In this document: one piece after another, positions 1 to 9,571 of the stretch
How positions within the stretch are numbered: the first letter of the stretch is position 1
Layout: each line of letters starts with the position of its first letter
Source: Eubacteriales bacterium
GTDB taxonomy: Bacteria; Bacillota; Clostridia; Oscillospirales; UBA644
DNA length: 64,000 nt
Direction: 5' to 3'
Assembly: GCA_045543655.1 (NCBI GenBank)
Contig: JAZPXN010000027.1
Coordinates: forward strand, 64,710 to 128,709
The notes under the pieces: model-generated
Seen by the model: the letters and a program-made list of their open reading frames with translations, nothing else
What the model was told of the DNA's origin: nothing
The model's database searches: none
Translations under genes and position numbers: made by a program

Positions 1-2
1 CC

Positions 3-650
3 CTGAAAACCTTCCTTGACGTTCCTCAGTTCACCTTCATGGAAGCCATCAAGGGCGTGAAGGAATTCGATCTTTCTTATCTGGCTACCGTGGCCGTGGC
101 TTACGTTCCCGTGGCCTTCGTGGTTTTCGCAGAACATATCGCCGACCACAAGAACCTTTCCACCATCATCAACAAGGATCTGCTGGAAGAACCCGGCCTG
201 CATCGCACCCTGCTGGGTGACGGTATCGGTTCCTTTGCCGGCGCCATCTTCGGCGGCTGCCCCAACACCACCTACGGTGAATCCGTCGGTTGCGTTGCCA
301 TTACCCGGAACGCTTCGGTCGTTACCATTACTACCACCGCTATCATGGCCGTTCTGATCTCCTTCATCTCCCCCTTCGTGGCCTTCCTGGATTCTATCCC
401 CGGCTGCGTTATGGGCGGCGTCTGCATCACCCTTTACGGCTTCATCGCCGTCTCCGGTCTTAAGATGTTCCAGAAGGTTGATCTGAACCAGAACAAGAAT
501 CTGTTCGTGGCGGCCGTCATCCTCATCACCGGCATCGGCGGTACGGCTATGGCCATCGGCAAGGTGACCATCACCGCCATCGCCTGCGCTCTGATCCTCG
601 GCATCATCACCAACCTGGTTCTTTCCAAAAAGGAAGACGAAGCCGAATAA
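3..650 (+). CDS. Nucleobase (uracil/xanthine) permease, NCS2 family, C-terminal part; 5' end lies outside the window
   Basis: The frame is open from the window edge, with no stop before the listed Met at 39. It is a TM-rich protein with NCS2-like motifs (GDGIGSFAGAIFGG, PNTTYGES). A hairpin terminator follows. Confidence 0.8.
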   Translation: MKTFLDVPQFTFMEAIKGVKEFDLSYLATVAVAYVPVAFVVFAEHIADHKNLSTIINKDLLEEPGLHRTLLGDGIGSFAGAIFGGCPNTTYGESVGCVAITRNASVVTITTTAIMAVLISFISPFVAFLDSIPGCVMGGVCITLYGFIAVSGLKMFQKVDLNQNKNLFVAAVILITGIGGTAMAIGKVTITAIACALILGIITNLVLSKKEDEAE

Positions 651-674
651 TATCAATCAAAACGGATAAACCGA

Positions 675-705
675 AAGCGGACGCCTGCAGGCGTCCGCTT
701 TTTAT
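675..705 (+). terminator. Rho-independent terminator after the permease gene
   Basis: GCGGACGCC (677-685) and GGCGTCCGC (690-698) form a perfect 9-bp stem with a TGCA loop, followed by a T-run. Confidence 0.8.
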
Positions 706-927
706 GCCTTTTTTACTTTTCAAGAACGAGAAGATCATACGGTTTTAATTCGATTTTCCCCTCGTATTTCCTTCCGGTAAGAAGGTCCGTCATCGTCCGG
801 TGGCGTTATCAGATTCGGGCCAGGCCTCGGGATAATAGGCAGCACCGAACAAGATGGGATCATTCCTACAGGGTTCCTCCAAATACGCATTCGCTTCCGC
901 CCCAACGGGATCGGTCGGGCGTAATTT

Positions 928-2616
928 TTATGATTGCCCCTCGGGATAAAAGTTGACCTTGGTCACGGTCATGGAAACGACTTCCTGGCCGGACAGGGTA
1001 GCAGTGACGGTATCTCCGACGATGAGGAAGGGCAGGTCCGAGGAAACGGCAATCGAAGCGGTAATGACGCTTCCGTCATCCAGCATAATGAAATACTTGC
1101 TGTTTCCGTCCACCACGGCGGTAGCGATGGAAAAGACTACGCCGGTTTTTTCGGTAGTTTCCGCGGCAGAATCGTCCTTATCGGGAACGATCTGTCCGTC
1201 GGCGGCCAGCTTTTGCAGATAATCCTCCCGGGCAGCGTCCACGGAGGTGCCGGTCCCGACGATCTGATACTGCTGAACGTCCACGAAAGCGTACATCTTC
1301 ACGAGTCCGGCAGAGTCCTTCAGAGACATAAAATAGGTGGGACGGTTGCCCACGTTGAGCAGAATGGGGAAGGTAGCGTCGTAGCCCAGATGCTGAACCT
1401 GCCCTTCGGCAGACTCCTCGGCAGAATATTCCTCAGCGCCGGGCACGGCGTAAAACCGGGTTTCCTTCGTCCGCATATTGACCAGAACGAAGCCTACGTT
1501 GGATTCATCGCTGACCACGGAGGTCATACCGGTATACAGCCAGACGTCGTCGTCGAGAGCAATATAATTATATCCCTCCGTGGGGGTGAGAACCCCCTTC
1601 TGACCAAAGATGGAATTCCAGAAGCCGGAGCGGTATTTTCCGTTGTATACCAACTGCTGAAGGATCAGATCCGCATCGTAGACCTGATCGATCCAGGAAG
1701 GAGCGTCGGTCACGTCGAAATACTGACATTCGCCGGTGACGGCGTTGACCAACACCACGCCTCCGATATCCCGGCCGGACCAGAAGCCGATGCGGTAATC
1801 CACGGTAGAGGCGACCCAATAGGGGGCACCGGTATCGTCGATTTCAAAGGAAACGTCAGCGTAGATCTTCGTGGGATATTTAAAGCGCAGATAGCGGTGG
1901 ATATTTCGCATGAAATATTCGCTTTCCGAATAACGGATTCCTCGGTCGAGACGCACCAGAGTCACGTCCTGGGTGGTCATATCCACCCGCAGATAGCCGG
2001 GGATGCCCTGCTTCTGATTATACAGCCATTTGACGGCGTCGCCGTATTTCAGCGGCGTTACCCGGACGGGGGTGTCGTTGTAATTGATCTGGGTATAATC
2101 GTCGGCAATCTCAAACTGGGACACGAGATCGCTCATCTCCCCCAGCTTCCGCTTCCCAAGAGCCTGAGAGGAAGCGCGGTCTACCACGGGAATCTGAGAC
2201 ATATTCAATTCCGCCACGTCTTCGGCGAAATTGCCGTCCTGTACGGTGATCAGATCCCGATAGCGGGGGGCGTTAAACAATTCAAGCCCGATCAGGTTGA
2301 AGATCACGGAAAACACCAGCATCAGAACGAACAAGGCCAGCAACGCCAGCACGGGGAGGCCAAGCCCGCGAAAAGCCTGCAGCAAAGCGGGCCGAAAAGC
2401 TACGTTGCGGCGGTTTTTTACGTTACGGAAGAAATTAACGAAGCTCCCCGTAAAATTCACGACAACGACGATCAGAAGAGACCAGAACAGAAAGGTCCAA
2501 AACTCCCCGCTGTGCAAATTGACGGCCGGCAGAGCAAACCAGAACATGAGAAAAACGATCACGGCAGAAACGATTCCCCGGATCAGGATCGGCAATGCTT
2601 TTTTCAATACGATCAA
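928..2616 (-). CDS. Conserved membrane protein of unknown function (N-terminal TM helices plus a large extracytoplasmic domain)
   Basis: 562-codon ORF with a hydrophobic N-terminus of about 110 aa followed by a soluble domain. The listed start is TTG. An alternative TTG at 2607 has better spacing to GGGAG. The long + strand ORF 934-2661 is its shadow. Confidence 0.7.
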   Translation of the reverse strand: MIVLKKALPILIRGIVSAVIVFLMFWFALPAVNLHSGEFWTFLFWSLLIVVVVNFTGSFVNFFRNVKNRRNVAFRPALLQAFRGLGLPVLALLALFVLMLVFSVIFNLIGLELFNAPRYRDLITVQDGNFAEDVAELNMSQIPVVDRASSQALGKRKLGEMSDLVSQFEIADDYTQINYNDTPVRVTPLKYGDAVKWLYNQKQGIPGYLRVDMTTQDVTLVRLDRGIRYSESEYFMRNIHRYLRFKYPTKIYADVSFEIDDTGAPYWVASTVDYRIGFWSGRDIGGVVLVNAVTGECQYFDVTDAPSWIDQVYDADLILQQLVYNGKYRSGFWNSIFGQKGVLTPTEGYNYIALDDDVWLYTGMTSVVSDESNVGFVLVNMRTKETRFYAVPGAEEYSAEESAEGQVQHLGYDATFPILLNVGNRPTYFMSLKDSAGLVKMYAFVDVQQYQIVGTGTSVDAAREDYLQKLAADGQIVPDKDDSAAETTEKTGVVFSIATAVVDGNSKYFIMLDDGSVITASIAVSSDLPFLIVGDTVTATLSGQEVVSMTVTKVNFYPEGQS

Positions 2617-2824
2617 CTCCCATTATTTGCGTATTTTTATAGGCTTACGGTTTCATTATAATGGAATAAAATGGAAATTTATTGATATAAATCCGAACAA
2701 AAAGAAACACTTTCGCCTTTTCAGAGGATAAAAACAGTATTTCCCGACTGTTCACGGAAATCCGGTGGAGCGCCGCAATTTTCGGCAGAATCACGAAAAA
2801 AATCTTTCAATTTTGCGACAAAGA

Positions 2825-2853
2825 TTGACAGCGGGCGTTAAATACTGTATAAT
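2825..2853 (+). promoter_or_regulatory. Sigma-A type promoter for the Sel1/LtaS-like genes
   Basis: TTGACA (2825-2830), 17-nt spacer, TATAAT (2848-2853), about 30 nt upstream of the ATG at 2885. Confidence 0.6.
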
Positions 2854-2884
2854 GAATAAATAGTATTAGGAAAAGGATCGTGTC

Positions 2885-3460
2885 ATGGAAGACGTACGAA
2901 AGCTGTTTGACGCCGGCGATTCGGAGGGTCTCGTAGAGTTGGGAACCGAATATTTCCGGCAGGGCGAAGAACAGAAGGCCTTTGAATGCTATCGGCTCGC
3001 CTGCAAGCTGGGCAACGTGACGGCCATGGGAAATCTGGGCTTCTGCTATCAGCACGGGCGGGGCGTAAAGGCCGATAACCGGCTTGCGGCCTACTGCTTT
3101 GAGCGGGCAAGCGAACTGGACGACCCGGGAAGCATGCTGAAGCTGGGAGATTTCTATTTTCACGGCAAGGGCGGCCTTACGAAAGACCGTCCGAAGGCGG
3201 TGGGATATTATCTTCGGGCCTACGAAATTGCCGCCTGCCAGCCGGAGCAGGACGAGATGCTGATCGGACAACTGTGTTACCGCATCGGAACCTGCAAAAA
3301 GGATGGCGCGGGCACTGAGCAAAGTTTTGAAGACGCATACGAATATTTTCAGGCAGCCGCGGAGACCCTTTCCGGTCTTGCGGATTACGGCGATTCCCGG
3401 GCAGCGTCCCTTCTGCAGAAGGCGGAGGCAGCCATGGCGGATTGCGAAACTCATTTTTAA
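2885..3460 (+). CDS. Sel1-like (TPR-family) repeat protein
   Basis: Repeated Sel1 signature segments (GNLGFCYQHGRGVKAD, LKLGDFYFHGKGGLTKD, AVGYYLRA). Confidence 0.8.
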   Translation: MEDVRKLFDAGDSEGLVELGTEYFRQGEEQKAFECYRLACKLGNVTAMGNLGFCYQHGRGVKADNRLAAYCFERASELDDPGSMLKLGDFYFHGKGGLTKDRPKAVGYYLRAYEIAACQPEQDEMLIGQLCYRIGTCKKDGAGTEQSFEDAYEYFQAAAETLSGLADYGDSRAASLLQKAEAAMADCETHF

Positions 3461-3481
3461 ACGAGGAAGGAATTACTCATT

Positions 3482-5044
3482 ATGACCAAAGAAAAAAAGA
3501 AGGCGCGCATCGGATGGATCATTTTCTCCGCCGTCTTCGTGACGCTGGCGTTTCTGCTGCTTTTCGCGGCCCTGTGGTTTACCCGAAGCTTCGGCGCCGA
3601 CGTCGGATTTGACGCCGTGCTCTTCACTCTGCTGAACGACCTGAACATGGTCAATACCGGGGTGGCGTGGGAATTTATTCTGCAGGTAGCCCTTCCCACC
3701 CTGCTCTGTGCGGGCGCCACCTTTGCCCTGTTGGTCTATCTGCCCAAAATCCTTCTGCGGGAAAAGGCGGAGGGCAAAATATCGAAGATCCATCGGCTGG
3801 CAGCGATGGCTCTTGCACTGATTCTGTTCCTTTCCCTGACCGCCTATTCCGCCGACCGGGCGGGTCTGGATAACTATATCATGGCCCGGATGGATCAGAC
3901 CACGCTGTTTGAAGATCATTACGTCGATCCCAACGGCGTGGAGATCACCTTCCCCGAAGAAAAGCGGAATCTGATCTATATTTACCTGGAGTCCATGGAG
4001 ACCGCCTATATGTCGGAAGAAGAAGGGGGATCTTCTCCCGTCAATTACATCCCCGAACTGACCCAACTGGCTAAGGATCATCTGAATTTCTCCCATTCCG
4101 ACGGGATCGGCGGAGGACGGACCACCATCGGTTCCACCTGGACCATTGCAGCCATGATCTCTCAAACGTCCGGAGTTCCCCTTTGTCTGCCCAACGGCAT
4201 CTGGAACAACGGGCTGAACAACTATTCCCAGGTCATGCCCGGGATTACCTCTCTGACCAACATTCTTTCCGACAACGGATACGACCAGACCCTGATGGTA
4301 GGCTCTGACGCCAGCTTCGGCGGCCGGAGAGAGTATTTCGACCAACACGGCGTGGATCATATCTACGATCTCTTCACCGCCCGGGAAGAAGGGGTGATTC
4401 CTTCGGATTACTGGAATAATTTCTGGGGCTACGAGGATCTGTATCTCTTCCAGTACGCAAAAATGAAGCTCTCCGAGATCGGGGAGCGGAACGAGCCCTT
4501 TGCCTTCACGATGCTGACGGTGGACACCCATCACCCCGACGGATACGATTGCATTTACTGCAACGCCCATTACGACGAGCATTTTGCCGAGGAAGAGCCG
4601 GGAAACAAGCAGTTTGCCAACGTCATCTCCTGCTCCAGCCGGCAGGTTCAGGATTTCATTGACTGGATCCAGGAACAGCCCTTCTATGAAAACACCACCA
4701 TCATCATCTCCGGTGACCACCTGAGCATGAACAATACCTATCACAACGCCCACACCTCGAAGGATTATATCCGTAGAGTATATAACTGCATTATCAACTG
4801 CCCCGTAGAGCCGGCGCAGGCGAAAAACCGGGATTTCACCACCCTGGACATGTTCCCCACGACCCTTGCGGCCATTGGCTGCACCATCGAAGGGAATCGG
4901 CTGGGACTTGGCACGAATCTGTTTTCGGACAGAGATACGCTGTATGAGGAGCTGGGCTACAGTTACCTTTGCGACGAGATCAACAAGGTCTCCGATTTTT
5001 ACCAGAACACCTTCCTTTACGGAAAGAAAACAGAAGAAAAATAA
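3482..5044 (+). CDS. LTA synthase / phosphoglycerol-transferase family protein (sulfatase-like alkaline-phosphatase superfamily, membrane anchored)
   Basis: N-terminal TM helices followed by a sulfatase-fold domain (YIYLESMET, TVDTHHPDGY, IIISGDH). Confidence 0.8.
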   Translation: MTKEKKKARIGWIIFSAVFVTLAFLLLFAALWFTRSFGADVGFDAVLFTLLNDLNMVNTGVAWEFILQVALPTLLCAGATFALLVYLPKILLREKAEGKISKIHRLAAMALALILFLSLTAYSADRAGLDNYIMARMDQTTLFEDHYVDPNGVEITFPEEKRNLIYIYLESMETAYMSEEEGGSSPVNYIPELTQLAKDHLNFSHSDGIGGGRTTIGSTWTIAAMISQTSGVPLCLPNGIWNNGLNNYSQVMPGITSLTNILSDNGYDQTLMVGSDASFGGRREYFDQHGVDHIYDLFTAREEGVIPSDYWNNFWGYEDLYLFQYAKMKLSEIGERNEPFAFTMLTVDTHHPDGYDCIYCNAHYDEHFAEEEPGNKQFANVISCSSRQVQDFIDWIQEQPFYENTTIIISGDHLSMNNTYHNAHTSKDYIRRVYNCIINCPVEPAQAKNRDFTTLDMFPTTLAAIGCTIEGNRLGLGTNLFSDRDTLYEELGYSYLCDEINKVSDFYQNTFLYGKKTEEK

Positions 5045-5051
5045 AAACGGA

Positions 5052-5088
5052 ACGGGCAGCCTGAATCATCGGGCTACCCGTTTTTTTT
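5052..5088. terminator. Bidirectional hairpin terminator between convergent genes
   Basis: ACGGGCAGCC / GGGCTACCCGT stem with one mismatch, followed by T8 on the + strand. A T-rich run also follows the stem on the - strand. Confidence 0.7.
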
Positions 5089-5092
5089 GATT

Positions 5093-6889
5093 CTATTGCA
5101 AGGCCGATCCCTGAAGAACGTCGGCTTCGTCGAGCCGGCGGTGGATCTCAGCCAAAACCCGACGCTTGTTCTGCGTCCACGCAGGGGCAATCAGCAATTC
5201 CGCAGGGGGATCCCCGGTCAGACGATCCACGGTAACGTGAGGAGGAAGAAGAGAAATTGCGTCACAGACCAGATCCGCGTATTCCCCTTCGGTCAGCAAT
5301 GGGAAGGGTGATTCGCCGTAGCGATCGGCAAGAACGGAGCCCTTCAGGATCTGAAGCATCTGCAATTTGATCCCGTCGGTATATTGCCCCACGTAGCGCA
5401 CCGATTCCAGCATCTGCTCCAGGCTCTCCCCCGGAAGGCCGAAGATCAGATGCGTGATCACCCGAATCCCCCGGGCGTGAAGGGCGGCAACGGCGTCCTC
5501 GTAACAGACCCGCCCGTACCCCCGGTTCAGAGATTCGGCGACGGCGTCGGAGGCGGTCTGCAATCCAAGCTCCACCCAGACCGGTTTGATCCGGCAGATC
5601 TCTTCCAACAGATTCAGAACGTCGTTGGAGAAGCAATCGGGACGGGTGGCGATCGAAAGAACGGCCACGGAAGGATCGGAGATCGCCTCGTAATACAACG
5701 AGCGAAGATGTTCCACGGGGGCGTAGGTATTGGTATAAGCCTGAAAATAGGCAATATAGCGGGATCCCGGCCATTTCCGGGAAAGAACCTCCTTGCCCCA
5801 CGCCAATTGCTCTTTGACGGTTTTTTCCGGAGATCCGGCCCGTTCGCCGCTTCCTCCTGCGGAGCAAAAGGCGCAGCCGCGGCCGCCGTTTTTCCGGTTA
5901 GGGCAGGAAAGCCCGGCGTTCAGGGAAAGCTTGACCAGCTTTTCTCCGTATTCCCTCCGCAAAAACTCCCCGACGGAATAATAACGCTCACAAGGGACAA
6001 GGGATTGTGATGCGGCAGCCATATCGGCGGCAAGGGGAGCGGAAACGCAGACCTCCTTTTCCGTAACGGGATGCCGGAAGGTCAGCCGGGAGCAATGGAG
6101 ACCGTGACGGTGAAGAATCCCGTCGTTCTCGTCGCCGTACAGAAAATCAGACACGATAGGATACCCGATGTGAGACAGGTGGAGACGGATCTGGTGGGTT
6201 CGCCCGGTGCAGGGAAGGACCCGGAGCAAAGACAGACTCCCGTCGCTTTTTTCGGTAAAATATTCCGTTTGAGCCTCTTTTCCCCGGGGATCCACGACGC
6301 GGCGGACGGTGGCCGCTTCCGGCGTATAGATCGGGGCGTCGATCAAGCCGTGGAAAGGAGGACGGCCGTGAACCAGAGCGTAATATTCTTTTTTTACCGT
6401 CCCGTCTGCCAGTTGACGGCGAATCCCGTCGTGGGCATAGGCGTTTTTTGCAAAAAGAACGGCGCCGGAGGTATTGGCGTCAAGGCGGAGCACGCAGCGA
6501 GAGACGAAGGTCTCCCCTTTTTTGTGATAATAATCGGATAGGCCGTTGGCTAAGGTATCGGACTCATGCCCCTTGGACGGATGCACCGGAAGAAAGGCGG
6601 GCTTGTTCAAAACGATGAGATCCGCATCCTCGTACAAGATCTCCAGAGGGATCTCCAGATCGGGAAAACCGGAATCGGCACCGTCGTCCCCAATGGAAAG
6701 AGCCACGCAATCCCCTTCCCGCAGACGGTGAGCCACGGTCACCCGCTGTCCGTTGACGGTAATGCCGTCTTCCCGCTTTTTCAATTCAATGAGAAGAGCC
6801 GCAGAAAGACTCCACCGCACCCGCAAGAAATCCCTGACCGTCCGTCCGTCAAAGGTTACGGGCACTTTCGCATATAAAACCCGATCCAT
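5093..6889 (-). CDS. Fusion protein: RluA-family pseudouridine synthase (S4-like N-terminus) + TIGR01212/YhcC-type radical SAM domain
   Basis: The N-terminal half has the LRLDANTSG catalytic-Asp motif. The C-terminal half has CPNRKNGGRGCAFC and the TIGR01212-like body. There is no stop between the halves. ATG at 6889 follows GGAGG at 6-nt spacing; the ORF-track Met at 6940 is probably an over-extension. Confidence 0.8.
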   Translation of the reverse strand: MDRVLYAKVPVTFDGRTVRDFLRVRWSLSAALLIELKKREDGITVNGQRVTVAHRLREGDCVALSIGDDGADSGFPDLEIPLEILYEDADLIVLNKPAFLPVHPSKGHESDTLANGLSDYYHKKGETFVSRCVLRLDANTSGAVLFAKNAYAHDGIRRQLADGTVKKEYYALVHGRPPFHGLIDAPIYTPEAATVRRVVDPRGKEAQTEYFTEKSDGSLSLLRVLPCTGRTHQIRLHLSHIGYPIVSDFLYGDENDGILHRHGLHCSRLTFRHPVTEKEVCVSAPLAADMAAASQSLVPCERYYSVGEFLRREYGEKLVKLSLNAGLSCPNRKNGGRGCAFCSAGGSGERAGSPEKTVKEQLAWGKEVLSRKWPGSRYIAYFQAYTNTYAPVEHLRSLYYEAISDPSVAVLSIATRPDCFSNDVLNLLEEICRIKPVWVELGLQTASDAVAESLNRGYGRVCYEDAVAALHARGIRVITHLIFGLPGESLEQMLESVRYVGQYTDGIKLQMLQILKGSVLADRYGESPFPLLTEGEYADLVCDAISLLPPHVTVDRLTGDPPAELLIAPAWTQNKRRVLAEIHRRLDEADVLQGSALQ

Positions 6890-7008
6890 GGCGTACCTCC
6901 TCTCCCGTAATATCTCTATTATACGACACGGGCGTTTCATTTTGCCGACGAATCTGTAATATTTTTATAACAATAAAGACCCGCATCGAAAGACGCGGAT
7001 CTTTTTGC

Positions 7009-7806
7009 TTATTTCTCGGACATTGCGCTGAGGAAGCTGCGAAGACGTTCGGTCTTGGGATTCCCGAAAAGCTCGTCGGGCGGGCCGTATTCACAGACTA
7101 CGCCGTCGGCCATGAACAGAACGTGATCGGAAACGCTGCGGGCAAATTCCATTTCATGGGTGACGATTACCATGGTGAGATTGGATTGACGCAGTTCTTT
7201 AATGACCTTCAAAACCTCTCCGGTCAGTTCTGGGTCAAGGGCAGAGGTGGGCTCGTCAAAGCACAGGATATCCGGAGCCATGGCAAGGGCGCGGGAAATC
7301 GCCGCGCGCTGCTGCTGTCCGCCGGACAGCTGATAGGGGTAGGCATCCTTTTTATCTCCCAGCCCCACGTGATCGAGAATGCCGAGACACTTGTCGGAAA
7401 GGCCGTTCATGAAGAAATTGTACTCCTCCTTCGTGATCTGCTTTTTCCGCAATTTTTCCTTTTCCGCAAGGGCAGGGGCCAAAGTCATATTTTGCAAAAC
7501 GGTATATTGAGGAAACAGATTGAAGGATTGAAAAACCAGACCGAAGGAAAGGCGGCGGCGTCGAACCTCCTCGTCGGAAAGGGTTTCGTGCTTTTCCCCG
7601 TTAAAGATCTCGTTTCCGTTGACGGAAATGATCCCTTTGTCCGCCGTTTCCAAAAAATTCAAGCACCGCAGGAGGGTGGTTTTTCCGCTCCCCGAGGAGC
7701 CGATAATGGACAACACTTCGCCGCTTTCCAGGGAAAAATCGATGCCCTTCAGCACCTCCACGTTCCCAAAGGATTTGTATAGACCGCTTACTTCCAGCAT
7801 TGCCAT
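7009..7806 (-). CDS. Amino-acid ABC transporter ATP-binding protein
   Basis: Walker A GSSGSGKTT, signature LSGGQQQR, Walker B ILCFDEPTSALD. ATG at 7806 is preceded by GGGGGTG. Confidence 0.9.
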   Translation of the reverse strand: MAMLEVSGLYKSFGNVEVLKGIDFSLESGEVLSIIGSSGSGKTTLLRCLNFLETADKGIISVNGNEIFNGEKHETLSDEEVRRRRLSFGLVFQSFNLFPQYTVLQNMTLAPALAEKEKLRKKQITKEEYNFFMNGLSDKCLGILDHVGLGDKKDAYPYQLSGGQQQRAAISRALAMAPDILCFDEPTSALDPELTGEVLKVIKELRQSNLTMVIVTHEMEFARSVSDHVLFMADGVVCEYGPPDELFGNPKTERLRSFLSAMSEK

Positions 7807-7810
7807 TTCA

Positions 7811-8482
7811 TCACCCCCTGAAATAATCCAGCTTTTTCTCAAAGCGGCTGAGAAGAACGGTCAGAATTCCGTTGACGATCAAATAGAAGACCGCCGTATA
7901 AAACAGAGGCCAGATATGCCCCATTTTGATATAAGATTCGCCCATCCAGATAATCTCGTAGACCGAAATAATGCGGACGAGGGCAGTATCCTTGACCAGG
8001 GTGATCATTTCGTTGCCCATGGGAGGCACGATACGCTTGATCAGCTGAAGCAAAATGACCTTGAAGAAGATCTGTCCCTTGGTCATGCCAAGCACCTGCC
8101 CGGCTTCGTACTGCCCCTTGGGGATAGACTGGATCCCACCCCGATAGATCTCGGCGAAATAGCAGGCGTAGTTGATGGAAAAGGTTACGAGAGCCGCAGT
8201 AAACCGAGGAAGCAGGGGCAGGTGAAACAGAAGACCCGGACCGTAAAAAACGATCAGAATCTGTAGCATCAAGGGAGAACCCCGGATGATCCAAATAAAA
8301 ATCTTGGCAAGCCACCGCAGAGGGGGAATCTTGCTGACGCTGGCAAAATAAATGATCAGCCCCAGAGGCAGGGCGAACAGCAGGGTGAGAAAAAACAATT
8401 CTCCCGTAACCAGAAGCCCTTCCAGCAGCGACAGCGTGACGTTCCAGAGGGATGCGTCGGAAGAAGACAATGCTAACAACAT
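7811..8482 (-). CDS. Amino-acid ABC transporter permease (His/Glu/Gln/Arg/opine family)
   Basis: Polytopic membrane protein with the family motifs IRGSPLMLQI and EAGQVLGMT. It lies 4 nt upstream of the ATPase gene. Confidence 0.9.
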   Translation of the reverse strand: MLLALSSSDASLWNVTLSLLEGLLVTGELFFLTLLFALPLGLIIYFASVSKIPPLRWLAKIFIWIIRGSPLMLQILIVFYGPGLLFHLPLLPRFTAALVTFSINYACYFAEIYRGGIQSIPKGQYEAGQVLGMTKGQIFFKVILLQLIKRIVPPMGNEMITLVKDTALVRIISVYEIIWMGESYIKMGHIWPLFYTAVFYLIVNGILTVLLSRFEKKLDYFRG

Positions 8483-8547
8483 AGTAACTCCAAAAAGTGC
8501 AAGGCAGAAAGGTGAACTTCCTGCCCTGCAACGATCAGTGGTTCAAT

Positions 8548-9324
8548 TTATTTTTCGATGATATTCTGGGCGATACCGTACTGGGTGGCTTTATCCATGA
8601 CCGTACCGGCATCGTAGGCTTCCTTCCAGAATTTGTTGAATTCGGCGATCAGCTCGCTGTTCTTCCGGAAGCCGACACCGTATTCCTCGCTGGTCAGGCT
8701 GACGGAGATGGCAAGGGTGGGATAGTCGGTTCCTTCCCCGATCATGGCACCGGCCATCAGCAGGTCGATGACGCAGGCGTCGGCGGCACCGGAAACCACT
8801 TCAAGAAGGGCGGTAGCCTGAGTGTCGGCCGCAGTATAGGAAATTTTTTCCGCATCGAGGGCCTTGGCACCGGCAGAGCCGTTTTCAACGGTGAACTTCA
8901 AGGTTTTGATGTCATCTACGGTCTTGATGGTATCGGCAAGATCCTTCTTGACGACCACGACCTGAGCGTTCTTGCAGTAAGCCTCGGAAACTCCCATAAG
9001 GCCCTTGACCTCGTCGGTGATGGTCATACCGTTCCAAACCACGTCGATGGCTTTGGTTTCCAGTTCCATGGCCTTGTTGTTCCAGTTGATCTCGATAAAT
9101 TCGGCGTCAACGCCCAGATAGTCGGCAAAGGCCTTGGCCATATCGGCGTCAAAGCCCATCCATTCATCGTTCTCTTCCCAGTCCATGGGCTTGAATTCAG
9201 TAATCCCGACCACGAGCTTTCCTTTTTCCTTAACGTATTCCACGTCGTTTTTAGGTTCTCCGCAGGCGCAGAGCAGAGTGGCGGTCATAAGCAGGGCAAG
9301 AAGCAGGGCAAAAAACTTTTTCAT
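8548..9324 (-). CDS. Amino-acid ABC transporter substrate-binding lipoprotein
   Basis: Signal peptide with a lipobox-like LLCAC, followed by a type-3 SBP-like body. It is the first gene of the SBP-permease-ATPase operon. Confidence 0.85.
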   Translation of the reverse strand: MKKFFALLLALLMTATLLCACGEPKNDVEYVKEKGKLVVGITEFKPMDWEENDEWMGFDADMAKAFADYLGVDAEFIEINWNNKAMELETKAIDVVWNGMTITDEVKGLMGVSEAYCKNAQVVVVKKDLADTIKTVDDIKTLKFTVENGSAGAKALDAEKISYTAADTQATALLEVVSGAADACVIDLLMAGAMIGEGTDYPTLAISVSLTSEEYGVGFRKNSELIAEFNKFWKEAYDAGTVMDKATQYGIAQNIIEK

Positions 9325-9379
9325 AATTCGATCTCCTTAAAATACAACGGTTTTTCCGCTTTCACTTTAGCGTGCTAAC

Positions 9380-9408
9380 ATGATAGCACAAACGACGGCG
9401 TTTGTCAA
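9380..9408 (-). promoter_or_regulatory. Sigma-A promoter of the amino-acid ABC operon
   Basis: Read on the - strand: TTGACA (9408-9403), 17-nt spacer, TGCTATCAT (-10 at 9385-9380). Confidence 0.55.
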
Positions 9409-9571
9409 GGGGATTTGGAGCGATTTCACATTTTTTTAACAACTTTTCCCCACGAAACGAAGGAAGAGACGAAAAAGAACACAAAGACACAAAAAATACG
9501 CATCAAAAAAACAAGAAATCGCCATATTTTTATGCTATAATAAGGGAAAGAATCTGCAAAGGAGAATTGCG

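Noticed and set aside
934-2661. 575-aa + strand ORF overlapping the membrane-protein gene. The same pattern occurs at 3473-4753(-), 9530-11770(-), 11892-14627(-), 15462-17453(-), 20029-22311(+), 24365-25579(+), 41689-43476(+), 44054-45670(+), 46672-50016(-) and 62048-63478(+).
   Set aside because: These are antisense shadow ORFs, typical of GC-rich coding DNA. Their translations are low-complexity and rich in G, R, P, H and D, with no recognisable motifs. The opposite strand encodes proteins with clear family signatures, RBSs and terminators.
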